This document shows positions 1 to 9,442 of a stretch of DNA of 64,000 nt, one piece after another. The translations under genes were made by a program, and so were the position numbers. The notes under the pieces are model-generated. The model was not told where the DNA came from, ran no database searches, and saw only the letters and a list, made by a program, of their open reading frames with translations. Source of the stretch: an uncultured Gemmatimonadales bacterium (GTDB lineage: Bacteria; Gemmatimonadota; Gemmatimonadetes; Longimicrobiales; RSA9); assembly GCA_963708135.1 (NCBI GenBank), contig OY970192.1:992001-1056000 (forward strand), written 5' to 3'. Each line of letters opens with the position of its first letter. Position 1 is the stretch's first letter.

Positions 1-1086
1 GAGCGGCATTCCGAGGAGTTCCGGGTCGTCGCGCTCACGGCGCACCGGAGCGCGGACCGGCTCGACGAGCAGGTCCGGCAGTGGCGTCCGGCCCTGGCCG
101 TGCTCACGGACGAGGCCGGCGCCCCGGTGGGCGATGGTAACGATACCCGCTGGCGTACGGGCCGAGAGGCGCTGCTCGCCGCGGCGACCCATCCGGACGT
201 GGATGTCGTGCTGAACGCGGTGGTCGGCGCCGCCGGGCTCGAGGCCACCCTCGCCGCGCTCGCTGCCGGCAAGCGCCTGGCTCTGGCGAACAAGGAATCC
301 CTCGTGGCGGGCGGGCCGCTGGTACTCGACGCGCTTCGGCGGGGCGGCGGCGAGCTCGTGCCGGTGGACAGCGAGCACAGCGCGATCCTGCAGTGCCTGC
401 GTGGCGCGGCGGCGGGCGAGGCGAGACGCCTTATCCTGACGGCATCGGGCGGGCCGTTCCGGGGTATGACCGGCTCGGCCCTGGCGGCGGTCACGCCGGA
501 GGAGGCGCTGCGGCACCCGACGTGGGACATGGGCGCGAAGATCACCATCGACTCGGCCACGCTCGCCAACAAGGCGCTCGAGGTGATCGAGGCGCATTTC
601 CTCTTCGGCGTGCCTTACGAGCGCATCGAGGTGGTGGTCCACCCCCAGTCGATCATCCACTCCATGGTCGAGTTCTGCGACGGCTCGGTGCTGGCGCAGA
701 TGGGCTTCCCGACCATGGAGGTGCCGATCCTCTACGCGCTGAGCCACCCCCGGCGCGTGACGGACCGGGGCGTGAGGCGCTTCGATCCCGTGGCCGCCGG
801 TCGCCTCAGCTTCGAGGCGCTCGACGAGCGCGCGTTCCCCGCGTTCGGACTCGGGGTCGCGGCGGGGCGGGCGGGGGGCACCGCGCCCGCCGCCTTCAAC
901 GCGGCGAACGAGGTCGCAGTGGAGGCGTTCCTGGCCGGGAACTTGCCCTTCCCGGCCATTCCTGAGGTCATCGATGCCGCTCTGGCGGCCCACGCGCCGG
1001 CTCCGGCCAGCTCGCTGGAGGCCGTGCTGGACGCGGACCGGCGGGCGCGCGCCGCCGCGCGGAAACGGTTGGAACGGACATGCTGA
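1..1086 (+). CDS. dxr: 1-deoxy-D-xylulose-5-phosphate reductoisomerase (5' end outside window)
   Basis: Frame open from base 1; motifs LANKESLV, PVDSEHSAI, LTASGGPF, HPTWDMGAKITIDSAT, NAANEVAV. Confidence 0.97.
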   Translation, partial: ERHSEEFRVVALTAHRSADRLDEQVRQWRPALAVLTDEAGAPVGDGNDTRWRTGREALLAAATHPDVDVVLNAVVGAAGLEATLAALAAGKRLALANKESLVAGGPLVLDALRRGGGELVPVDSEHSAILQCLRGAAAGEARRLILTASGGPFRGMTGSALAAVTPEEALRHPTWDMGAKITIDSATLANKALEVIEAHFLFGVPYERIEVVVHPQSIIHSMVEFCDGSVLAQMGFPTMEVPILYALSHPRRVTDRGVRRFDPVAAGRLSFEALDERAFPAFGLGVAAGRAGGTAPAAFNAANEVAVEAFLAGNLPFPAIPEVIDAALAAHAPAPASSLEAVLDADRRARAAARKRLERTC

Positions 1087-2498
1087 TCACGATCCTCGCG
1101 ACCGCGGTCGTCCTCGGGGTGCTCATCTTCGTCCACGAGCTCGGGCACTTCGTCACGGCCAAGCTCGTGGACATCGAGGTGCCCCGCTTTTCCATCGGGT
1201 TCGGCCCCAAGGTCGTCGGCTTCCGCTGGGGTGAGACCGAGTACGTGCTTTCACTGCTCCCCCTCGGCGGCTACGTGAAGATGGCCGGGATGGAGGAGCT
1301 GGAGCCCCTGGAGGGCGGCGCGGCGAAGGGCGGGACGGCAGCGCCGGATGCGGAGGGGCCCGGCGCCGCGGCCCCGCCCGGTGCCGCCGGAGGCGCGACG
1401 CGCGAGCGCGGGCCGCGCGACTTCGAGTCGAAGCCGTTGTGGGCCCGCACACTGGTGATCTCCGCCGGCGTGATCATGAACGTGATCTTCGCGTTCTGCG
1501 TGTTCACGTTCAGCGCTCTGGTCTGGGGCGTCGAGCCGCCGCAGCCGCCGCTCATTGCGCACGTCGTCGCCTCCGAGCTGCCGGCCGGTACGGAGGCGCT
1601 CGCCCGGGTGCCGGCCGGGGCGCGCGTCGTCTCGATCGGGGACCGCCCGGTCCGGAGCTGGAGCAGCCTGCGGCAGGCGGTGGTCATGGCCAGAGAGGGG
1701 CTCGACACGGTCCTTTTCGCGGACGCGCCGCCCGTCGCCATCGACATGCCCGCGCGCGAGAAGCAGCGGCTCCAGCTCTTCAACGCCCTCGAGCCGGTGA
1801 TGGACTTCCCGCCCGTGGCCGGTGGTGTCGTGGCGGGCATGCCGGCGCACCGCGCCGGGATCCAGTCCGGCGACCGCATCGTCGAGGTGATGGGTAGACC
1901 GGTGCACATCTGGCAGGACCTCGTCAGCACGGTGCAGGGCCGGGCCGGTCAGCCCACGTCGCTCGTAGTCGAGCGAGGTGGGCGGCGCGTGCCGATCACC
2001 GTGACCCCGGAGCCGACGCCGGACACGCTGGGCAGCGGCGCCGTTCGTAGCATCGGCAGGATCGGGATCGAGCCCGTTCCACCAGCGCCGGTCCGCCCCG
2101 GTCTGGCCGGTGCGATCGTGCACGGGGCCCGGCAAACCTACCACTGGATCGCGCTTACGATCGGCTTCCTGCGCGACCTGATCACCGGCCGTCAGTCCGC
2201 GCGCAATCTGGGCGGACCGATCCTCATCGGGCAGATCAGCGGCCAGGTCGCGCGCCTCGGCCTGCAGGCGTTCCTCACGTTCATGGCCTACTTCTCGGTG
2301 AACCTGGCCGTGCTGAACCTGCTGCCGATCCCGGTGCTGGATGGCGGTCAGCTGATGTTCCTGGCCGTCGAGGGCGTACGCGGACGGGCACTGACGCTCG
2401 AGCAGAAAGCGCGGCTGATGCAGGTGGGGTTCGTTCTCGTGCTCGCCCTCATGGTCTGGGCGATCGCGAACGACGTGTTGCGCTTGTTCGGGGTCTGA
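1080..2498 (+). CDS. rseP: RIP metalloprotease RseP (PDZ)
   Basis: HELGH zinc motif, NLLPIPVLDGG, PDZ region, follows dxr. Confidence 0.96.
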   Translation: MLITILATAVVLGVLIFVHELGHFVTAKLVDIEVPRFSIGFGPKVVGFRWGETEYVLSLLPLGGYVKMAGMEELEPLEGGAAKGGTAAPDAEGPGAAAPPGAAGGATRERGPRDFESKPLWARTLVISAGVIMNVIFAFCVFTFSALVWGVEPPQPPLIAHVVASELPAGTEALARVPAGARVVSIGDRPVRSWSSLRQAVVMAREGLDTVLFADAPPVAIDMPAREKQRLQLFNALEPVMDFPPVAGGVVAGMPAHRAGIQSGDRIVEVMGRPVHIWQDLVSTVQGRAGQPTSLVVERGGRRVPITVTPEPTPDTLGSGAVRSIGRIGIEPVPPAPVRPGLAGAIVHGARQTYHWIALTIGFLRDLITGRQSARNLGGPILIGQISGQVARLGLQAFLTFMAYFSVNLAVLNLLPIPVLDGGQLMFLAVEGVRGRALTLEQKARLMQVGFVLVLALMVWAIANDVLRLFGV

Positions 2499-2540
2499 GC
2501 GCCTCGCCGCGGCGCTCCCGCGCCGGGCACGGCCCCGAGG

Positions 2541-3362
2541 TCAGAACAGGCTCAGCTGCGCGGGCGCGCGTGCCCGCCGCAGCGCGGAGACGTCCACCGG
2601 CTCCATGGGCCGCTCCTGCGGCGCCACCAGCAGCGGGCCGCGGTAGCCAATGCCGTCCAGCGCCGCGCCCACGATCTCCCGGGCCAGACCGCCGTCGTTG
2701 CAGTGCTCGCTCAGGTGGGCGAGGACCACGTGGTGCAGCTCGGCGTGGTGCAGCTCCACGGCCAGCTCCGCGGAGGCGCGGTTGGAGAGATGCCCGTGGC
2801 TGGACGCGATGCGCTGCTTGACCGACCACGGGTAGGGGCCGCTCCACAGCAGCGCCTCGTCGTGGTTGGCCTCGAGGACCAGTAGATGACAGCCGGAGAG
2901 CGCGGCCCGCACCGCGGCCGTGGGCCGGCCCAGGTCCGTGGCGATTCCCAGCCGGTCTCCACTGGCCAGCTCATGCACCGTCACCGCCACCGGATCCGCG
3001 GCATCGTGAGCGGTCAGGAACGGCCGTACCTCGAGGCCGCGCAGGCGGAGCGGCTCCGTGGACGCGTAGGCATGCACCCGCTCCTCTCCCCTGAGCAGTC
3101 GCGCGCACGCCTGGCGCGTGACCGGCGTCAGGTAGAGCGGAAGCTGGAAACGCCGCGCCAGCACGCCCATGCCGCGGGTATGGTCTCCGTGCTCGTGCGT
3201 GACGACAATGGCGGAGAGCGTGGCCGGATCCACTCCCACAACCCGCAGGCGACGCTCCAGGTCGCGGCCGCTGAAGCCGGCGTCCACGAGCACGCGAGTC
3301 TCGCCGGACTCCACCAGCGCCGCGTTGCCGTTGCTGCCGCTGCCCAGCACCGTCACTCTCAC
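2541..3362 (-). CDS. MBL-fold metallo-hydrolase (YycJ/WalJ-like)
   Basis: GTG start overlapping upstream stop; VLGSGSNGN, THEHGDH, HDAADP, LEANHD, HGHLSN, HLSEHCN. Confidence 0.9.
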   Translation of the reverse strand: MRVTVLGSGSNGNAALVESGETRVLVDAGFSGRDLERRLRVVGVDPATLSAIVVTHEHGDHTRGMGVLARRFQLPLYLTPVTRQACARLLRGEERVHAYASTEPLRLRGLEVRPFLTAHDAADPVAVTVHELASGDRLGIATDLGRPTAAVRAALSGCHLLVLEANHDEALLWSGPYPWSVKQRIASSHGHLSNRASAELAVELHHAELHHVVLAHLSEHCNDGGLAREIVGAALDGIGYRGPLLVAPQERPMEPVDVSALRRARAPAQLSLF

Positions 3363-4588
3363 ACGCCGGCCCTCCCCCGCTCGAAGGCCGCCGCGAGCAG
3401 AGCGCGCTGCCCATCGGACAGCACGACACCGCGACGCTCCATCACGACGGCCGCGGTCTCGAGGAACTTCTCCAGCCGGTACTCGGCCAGCGCGCCCCCC
3501 TCGCCCCACGAAAACGGCGGCACCACGCGCGGCGGCATGGCGCCGCCGAACAGGTTCGAGCCGGCGCCGATCACGGTGCCGGTGTTCAGAACCGTGCCGA
3601 TCCCGGTCTTCACGTGGTCCCCCAGAAGGCAGCCCATCTTGGTTTCGCCCGTGTCCGTCTCCCCGTCGGGGGTCCAGATGCGTACCGGCGCGTAGTTGTT
3701 CTTCAGGTCGCTGTTCGTCGTGAGCGCGCCCAGGTTCACCCAGCGGCCCAGGTAGGCGTGGCCGAGGAAGCCGGAGTGCGCCTTGTTGGTGTAGCCGTGG
3801 ATGACGCTCGTCTCCACCTCGCCGCGGACCTTGCACGCGGGTCCGATGCTCACGCACTCGAGCGCGCCGCCGAGGATCGTCGTGCCGCGGCCGATGTAGG
3901 CCGGCCCGGCCAGCCGGGTGAACGCCCGCACGCAGGCGCCATCATCCAGCCAGATTGGCCCCTCGTCGAGGTCCAGCACCACGTCCGGCTCCAGTAGCAC
4001 GTCCTGCCCGACGACCAGGCGCGATTCGCCGAGGACGGAGACGCCGGCGGCGCGCACCGGCTCCGTCGACGGAGCCGGGCAGAGCGCCGCCACATCGCGC
4101 GAGATCTGCTCCGTGTTGCCGGAGACCAGCTCCCACACATGACGCAGCATCCGCCCCTCTAGCGTGATCCGGCCAGGCGACGCATCCGCCGCGGATGCCG
4201 GGTCCCGGAAGAACGACGCCGGCGGCCGCGGGCTCCCGGCGGGCGCCCACCAGCCGCACGGCTGGCCCTCCAGCATCACGGTCGCGGGCGAGCCCGGCAG
4301 GACGGCGCGTGGCGCCCGCCAGTCGGGGATCGCGCGGGCGGACAGGAAGAGGATGTCGCCTTCGGGAAGCGCGGCGGGGTCCAGCACCTCTGGCGCGTCC
4401 GGCTCGTCGAATCCGGACAGCTCGGCGCTGCTGACGAAACCCGCGCACTGGCCGCCGAAGCGCCGCTCGGCCCGCTCCCATCCGCGCAGCGTGCCGAAGA
4501 GCAGGTCGCCAGCCGGACGGGTGAGGGTGAGCGGCAGCCATGCGCGGGCGACGTCGTCGTCGAAGAGCACGAGCGTCGGCTCAGCCAC
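3359..4588 (-). CDS. GlmU-like sugar nucleotidyltransferase/acyltransferase with hexapeptide repeats
   Basis: N-terminal PLTLTRP motif; C-terminal left-handed beta-helix (NKAHSGFLGHAYLGRWVNLGALTTNSDLKNNY, GDHVKTGIGT). Confidence 0.85.
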   Translation of the reverse strand: MAEPTLVLFDDDVARAWLPLTLTRPAGDLLFGTLRGWERAERRFGGQCAGFVSSAELSGFDEPDAPEVLDPAALPEGDILFLSARAIPDWRAPRAVLPGSPATVMLEGQPCGWWAPAGSPRPPASFFRDPASAADASPGRITLEGRMLRHVWELVSGNTEQISRDVAALCPAPSTEPVRAAGVSVLGESRLVVGQDVLLEPDVVLDLDEGPIWLDDGACVRAFTRLAGPAYIGRGTTILGGALECVSIGPACKVRGEVETSVIHGYTNKAHSGFLGHAYLGRWVNLGALTTNSDLKNNYAPVRIWTPDGETDTGETKMGCLLGDHVKTGIGTVLNTGTVIGAGSNLFGGAMPPRVVPPFSWGEGGALAEYRLEKFLETAAVVMERRGVVLSDGQRALLAAAFERGRAGV

Positions 4589-5669
4589 CGGATCCCTCCA
4601 CGTCCCTGAGCCGCTCGGGCAGGGCGGCGAGGAGCGCCTTGAGCTCCGCGACGCGCGCCCGCGGCGCTACCAGCGTCACGCCGTTCGCCCGCACCACGAC
4701 CAGGTCCTGCGCGCCGAACACGACCACGGCTCCATCCTCCGCCCATGCAATGCAGCCGTCCGAGTCCACGACCTCCGCTTCGCCGACCGCCACGTTGCCC
4801 CGCGAATCCGCCGCGCGCGTCCGCGCCACGGCGTCCCAGGCCCCCACATCGTCCCAGCGGAAGTCCGCGCGCGCAACGGCCACCCGGTCACTGCGCTCGA
4901 GAAGCGCCTCGTCGATCGAGAGCGCGGGCGCCCGCTCGAAGAACTCCCCGACCTGTCCCGCTTCCAGCAGCGCGAGGTGGGGCGCGAGCTCCGGCGTGTT
5001 GCGGAGCAGCTCGTCCAGCAACGTGGCCGCGCGCCAGACGAAGATGCCGCTGTTCCAGAGGTAGCCGCCCTCCTGCAGGTAGGCCGCGGCCGTCTCCCGG
5101 GCGGGCTTCTCGACGAAGCGCTCCACCTCGAACAGCCCCGGCTCGCCCTCCAGCGGGCTGCCCACGCGGATGTAGCCGTACCCCGTCTCCGCGCGCGTGG
5201 GCTCGATGCCGAGCGTGAAGAGTCGTCCCGTGCGCGCGGCCACGGCGGCCACCCGCGCGAGAAGGAGGCGGAAGGCCTCCGCCGGCTCGATCACGTGGTC
5301 CGCGTGCAGCGAGATGAGAACCGCCTCCGGATCCCGTCGCGCGATCTCCACCGCAGCCCACGCCAGGACGGGGGCCGTGCCGCGCGCCCGCGGCTCGAGC
5401 AGCAGGCCTTCGGCGCCGATCTCCGGCACCGCCGCGAGCGTTGCCTCCGCGAGGGCCGCACCGGTCAGGATGCGCAGCCGCTCGGGCGGCACGAGCGGAA
5501 GGATCCGCTCGACCGTCTCCGCCAGCAGCGCGCGCGTGCCGCCCAGCGGCAGGAGCTGCTTCGGCCGCGCGGGAGTCGATACCGGCCAGAAACGCGAGCC
5601 CACGCCTCCGGCGAGGATCACCGCCCAGAGGGGCGCATCAGTGCGCGAAGAGCTCGTCGATTCGGGCAA
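4581..5669 (-). CDS. manC: mannose-1-phosphate guanylyltransferase
   Basis: ILAGGVGSRFWP, PKQLL, GYGYI, FVEKP, WNSGIF, WDDVG; TTG start is uncertain. Confidence 0.92.
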   Translation of the reverse strand: MPESTSSSRTDAPLWAVILAGGVGSRFWPVSTPARPKQLLPLGGTRALLAETVERILPLVPPERLRILTGAALAEATLAAVPEIGAEGLLLEPRARGTAPVLAWAAVEIARRDPEAVLISLHADHVIEPAEAFRLLLARVAAVAARTGRLFTLGIEPTRAETGYGYIRVGSPLEGEPGLFEVERFVEKPARETAAAYLQEGGYLWNSGIFVWRAATLLDELLRNTPELAPHLALLEAGQVGEFFERAPALSIDEALLERSDRVAVARADFRWDDVGAWDAVARTRAADSRGNVAVGEAEVVDSDGCIAWAEDGAVVVFGAQDLVVVRANGVTLVAPRARVAELKALLAALPERLRDVEGSGG

Positions 5670-6030
5670 GCAGTTTCTTCGGGCTGAATGGCTTGGTGAG
5701 AAAGTCGGTGGCGCCCAGGCGCACGGCCCGCTCGCGGTCCGTCTCCTGGCCCTTTCCGGTCAGCATGATGACCGGCGTGCTCTGCCGGTGCGGCAACTGC
5801 CGCAGCTCTGCGAGCACATCCAGCCCGCTCACGTGCGGCATCATGATGTCGAGCAGGATCACGTCCACCGGCAGGTCGGAGCGCAGGCGAGTCAGGGCGG
5901 AGCGTCCATCCTGCGCGAGCTCGACGTCGTACGGCCCGTGCTCCAGCTTCATCTGGATGATCCGGCCGATGTAGGGTTCGTCGTCCACGACGAGGATGTG
6001 GCGTCGGCCGCCGGGGGTGGAGACGGGCAT
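5638..6030 (-). CDS. single-domain response regulator (receiver only)
   Basis: ILVVDDE, LLDIMMP, MLT, KPF; ATG at 6030. Confidence 0.92.
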   Translation of the reverse strand: MPVSTPGGRRHILVVDDEPYIGRIIQMKLEHGPYDVELAQDGRSALTRLRSDLPVDVILLDIMMPHVSGLDVLAELRQLPHRQSTPVIMLTGKGQETDRERAVRLGATDFLTKPFSPKKLLARIDELFAH

Positions 6031-6145
6031 TGCTCCGGGTCGCGGTGAGGTCGTTGAGGGCCAGCGGACACCCGCCGGCGCTTGCCAGATTCGTGCCCAC
6101 TCCGTCTGCGCGCGCGAGGCGCCAGGCTCCCCCACGTGCCGCGAG

Positions 6146-6174
6146 ACCTTATGTCTGGAGTCGCGAAATGTCAA
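6146..6174 (-). promoter_or_regulatory. sigma70-type promoter for the regulator-manC-glmU-like operon
   Basis: Minus strand TTGACA (6174-6169), 17-nt spacer, TAAGGT (6151-6146). Confidence 0.65.
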
Positions 6175-6195
6175 GCGGCAGAACGCGATACGGGC

Positions 6196-6224
6196 TTGAC
6201 AGTCGCCAGGTGTCCCGGTAATCT
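6196..6224 (+). promoter_or_regulatory. sigma70-type promoter for the lipoprotein-serS operon
   Basis: TTGACA (6196-6201), 17-nt spacer, TAATCT (6219-6224). Confidence 0.75.
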
Positions 6225-6259
6225 AAGCGATTCGAGAGACTCATCCCCTCTGCCGAGCC

Positions 6260-6829
6260 GTGAGCGTGCGCCCCTTCCCGCTTCTCTGCCTCGCCGCCGC
6301 CGCGCTCGTCAGCGCAGGCTGTGGCAACTCCCTCGGCCCGCAGGAATGGACGCCGACGCCCGACACCGTCACGCTGTTCTCCGTCTCGAGGACGGACTAC
6401 ACCGGCATGCCCTCGGGCCTCGACCTCGTGGTGGGGCAGATCGTCCCGATCGAGGCCGCCTCGGCGAACGGCTTCGATGTCGTGCTGGCGCAGCAGGGCG
6501 GCGGCTTCGTCTTTCTCCCCGCCGATGCCATCGCCGGCGTGACCTCCGGCGCCGGCGTGGCCCCCATTACCGGCACCGGCTTCGATGACCTGCAGGAAGC
6601 GCCCAGCGATACCGCGGTGTACGTGCACGCCGCGGCGGTGCCGCTCCAGGTCGGCGGCGTCTACGTCGTGCGCAGCCGACAGGCCTCCTGCGGCTACGTG
6701 AGCGGCCAGTGGTATGCCAAGGTGCAGCCGCTCGCGCTCGATGCCGAGCAGGGGACGGCCCAGGTGCGTTACGTCCGGAACCCGTTCTGCGGCGACCGCA
6801 ACCTCGTCCCTCCATCACAGAAGAAGTAG
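6260..6829 (+). CDS. hypothetical lipoprotein
   Basis: Hydrophobic signal peptide with lipobox SAGC; ends 6 nt before serS. Confidence 0.8.
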   Translation: MSVRPFPLLCLAAAALVSAGCGNSLGPQEWTPTPDTVTLFSVSRTDYTGMPSGLDLVVGQIVPIEAASANGFDVVLAQQGGGFVFLPADAIAGVTSGAGVAPITGTGFDDLQEAPSDTAVYVHAAAVPLQVGGVYVVRSRQASCGYVSGQWYAKVQPLALDAEQGTAQVRYVRNPFCGDRNLVPPSQKK

Positions 6830-6835
6830 CCAGAC

Positions 6836-8116
6836 ATGCTGGACCTGAAGCTGATCCGGGAGGAGCCGGACTTCGTCCGCGAGCGGCTCGGGGTGCGCGG
6901 CAAGCCGGACGCCGTGGCGCTCGTGGATCTGCTGCTCGAGCGCGATGAGGAGCGGCGTGCCGCCATCACGGAGGCGGAAGCGCTGCGGGCGCGCAAGAAC
7001 GTGGTGTCGCCCGAGGTCGGGAGGCTGAAGCAGGCGGGACGGCACGAGGAGGCCGAGCCGCTGATCCGCGAGATGCGCGAGCTGGGCGAGCGGATGGCCA
7101 CGGCCGAGACTCGGCGCGCGGCCGCGGAGGAGGCGGTCCGCGAGCTGCTGCTGGAGATCCCCAACCTGCCATCGGAGGACGTGCCCGCAGGCGGCGAGGC
7201 GGACGGGGTGGTGGTCCGCGAGTGGGGCGAGCCCACCGAGCTGGCCTTCTCGCCGCGACCCCACTGGGAGCTCGGCGACGCGCTCGGCATCCTCGACCTG
7301 CCGCGCGGGGCCAAGGTGGCGGGGAGCGGCTTCCCGCTCCTTGTGGGCATGGGCGCGCGCCTTGAGCGGGCGCTCATCCAGCTGATGCTGGACGTGCACG
7401 CGCGCGAGCACGGGTACACGGAGCTCTGCCCGCCTTTCGTGGTGAACGAGCAGGCGGCGCTCGGCACGGGCAACCTGCCGAAGTTCGGCGAGGACATGTA
7501 CGCCGTGCCCGAGGACGGGCTGTATCTCGTGCCCACCGCCGAGCTGCCCGTCACCAACCTGCACGGCGGCGAGATGCTGGACGGCGGCGCGCTGCCGATC
7601 CGGTACGTGGCGTACACGCCCTGCTTCCGCCGCGAGGCGGGCGCGCACGGCAAGGATACGCGCGGACTCCTGCGCGTGCATCAGTTCGACAAGGTGGAGC
7701 TGGTGCGCTTCGAGCGGCCGGAGAACGGCCCGAGCGCACACGAGGAGCTCACCGGCCACGCCGAGGCCATTCTGCAGCGGCTGGGACTGCGTTACCGCGT
7801 GGTGCTGCTTGCCGGCGGCGATCTCGGCTTCTCGAACGCCAAGACCTACGACCTCGAGGTCTGGGCGCCCGGCGTGGGGCGCTGGCTGGAAGTCTCCAGC
7901 TGCTCGCTCTATACGGACTTCCAGGCCCGCCGCGCCAACATCCGGTTCCGCCCCGCACCCGGCGAGAAGCCGGAGTTCGTCTACACGCTGAACGGCTCCG
8001 GCGTCGCGCTGGCGCGCACCTTCGCGGCGCTGCTGGAGAATGGTCAGCAGTCCGATGGGAGCATCCGAATCCCCGAGCCCCTCGCGGGGTATCTCGGCAC
8101 GGACCGGATCGGTTGA
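6836..8116 (+). CDS. serS: serine-tRNA ligase
   Basis: MLDLKLIR, LVPTAE, CFRREAG, RVHQFDKVE, LEVSSCS, LNGSG. Confidence 0.98.
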   Translation: MLDLKLIREEPDFVRERLGVRGKPDAVALVDLLLERDEERRAAITEAEALRARKNVVSPEVGRLKQAGRHEEAEPLIREMRELGERMATAETRRAAAEEAVRELLLEIPNLPSEDVPAGGEADGVVVREWGEPTELAFSPRPHWELGDALGILDLPRGAKVAGSGFPLLVGMGARLERALIQLMLDVHAREHGYTELCPPFVVNEQAALGTGNLPKFGEDMYAVPEDGLYLVPTAELPVTNLHGGEMLDGGALPIRYVAYTPCFRREAGAHGKDTRGLLRVHQFDKVELVRFERPENGPSAHEELTGHAEAILQRLGLRYRVVLLAGGDLGFSNAKTYDLEVWAPGVGRWLEVSSCSLYTDFQARRANIRFRPAPGEKPEFVYTLNGSGVALARTFAALLENGQQSDGSIRIPEPLAGYLGTDRIG

Positions 8117-8119
8117 GCG

Positions 8120-8147
8120 CCGGGCCGGCAGCGAGCTGCCGGCCCGG
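8120..8147 (+). terminator. GC-rich hairpin after serS
   Basis: CCGGGCCGGCAG-CGAG-CTGCCGGCCCGG perfect 12-bp stem; no U-tract. Confidence 0.5.
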
Positions 8148-8197
8148 TCCGCTCGGCCCCCGGCGCGGCCCTGCCCCCGGCTCGAGCCCCGAGGCCC

Positions 8198-9442
8198 ATG
8201 ACCTGGCGCCACTGGCCTGCGGTCCTGACGCTGCTCGCGATCCTGGTGTTCGGCTCCTACCTTCTCTACACCGAGCGGTTGGTGCGGGAGATCCGGGCGG
8301 AGTCGCAGATCCAGACGCAGATGTACGGCCTGGTGCAGCAGGGCCTCCTCTCGCTGGACGATGACGCCGAGCTCAAGGCGCTCATGCGCCTGCAGACGGA
8401 GTTCACCGCGCTGCGCGTGCCGATCGTCGCCGTGAACGTCCGCGGCGACCCGTACGCCGCGGTCAACCTGCCGTTCGCGGCGGACATGCATACGGCGGCG
8501 GGGAGGCGCCGGCTGCTCGAGTTCGCTGCCCGTCTGCAGCAGCAGAATCCACCCATCACCGTGCCGGGCGCCGGCACCGTGTACTTCGGCTCGCCGCCGC
8601 TCGTGGCCTGGCTCCGATGGGTGCCCTGGCTGCAGGCGGGCGGGGGGCTGCTGCTGCTGCTCGTGGCGGCGGCGGTGCTGCGCGCCAACGCCCGCGCGGA
8701 CCGGGAGCGGATGTGGGCGGCCATGGCGCGCGAGCTGGCGCATCAAATGGGCACGCCGCTCTCCTCCCTCGCCGGTTGGATAGAGGTGCTGGGCCTGCCC
8801 GATGAGGAGCGCCGCTCGTTCGCTTCGCCGGAGCGGCTGGCGGAGGTGATCGGCGCGGACGTGGAGCGACTGGAGCGGGTCTCGCGCCGCTTCGAGCTGA
8901 TCGGAAAGCCGCCGCGGCTCGAGGAGACATCGCTTCCAGCCGTGCTGCGGGAGCTGGAGAGCTATCTGCGGCCGCGGCTCCCCCAGCTGGGCGCGGGCGT
9001 GGACCTGCGGCTGCGGATCCGGCCCGGGATGCCGCACATCCAGGCGAACGCCGTTCTCCTCGCCTGGGCGCTGGAGAACCTGGTGAAAAACGCGCTGGAC
9101 GCGCTCGCCGGTCGCGGCGGCTCCATCCGCATCGCGGCCACCACCACGAGGGATGGGCGCTTTGTCCGGATCATGGTGGTCGATGACGGTCCCGGCATTC
9201 CCGCGGCCGTTCGCGAGCGGATCTTCGAGCCGGGAGTGAGCACGAAATCGAGCGGCTGGGGCGTGGGTCTGTCCCTGACCCGCCGCATCATCGAGGACCT
9301 GCACCACGGGCGGATCGTCGTCCGCCCCCGTCGTCGAGGCGGGACGGTGTTCGACATTCTGCTGCCCGCGGTGGAGGAGCGAAGGAGGAAGCGCTGGTTG
9401 CCGAACCGAGCAGGGAGGAGAGCGGCCCCCTCGCGGGCCTGA
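8198..9442 (+). CDS. membrane sensor histidine kinase
   Basis: Two TM segments; H-box ELAHQMGTP, N-box ENLVKNA, DDGPG, GWGVGL. Confidence 0.93.
   Translation: MTWRHWPAVLTLLAILVFGSYLLYTERLVREIRAESQIQTQMYGLVQQGLLSLDDDAELKALMRLQTEFTALRVPIVAVNVRGDPYAAVNLPFAADMHTAAGRRRLLEFAARLQQQNPPITVPGAGTVYFGSPPLVAWLRWVPWLQAGGGLLLLLVAAAVLRANARADRERMWAAMARELAHQMGTPLSSLAGWIEVLGLPDEERRSFASPERLAEVIGADVERLERVSRRFELIGKPPRLEETSLPAVLRELESYLRPRLPQLGAGVDLRLRIRPGMPHIQANAVLLAWALENLVKNALDALAGRGGSIRIAATTTRDGRFVRIMVVDDGPGIPAAVRERIFEPGVSTKSSGWGVGLSLTRRIIEDLHHGRIVVRPRRRGGTVFDILLPAVEERRRKRWLPNRAGRRAAPSRA

Noticed and set aside
6083..6097. Minus-strand GGCACGAATCTGGCA as a sigma54 promoter
   Set aside because: Spacing fits, but the -12 element is TGGC rather than TTGC, and a good sigma70 promoter lies just upstream.
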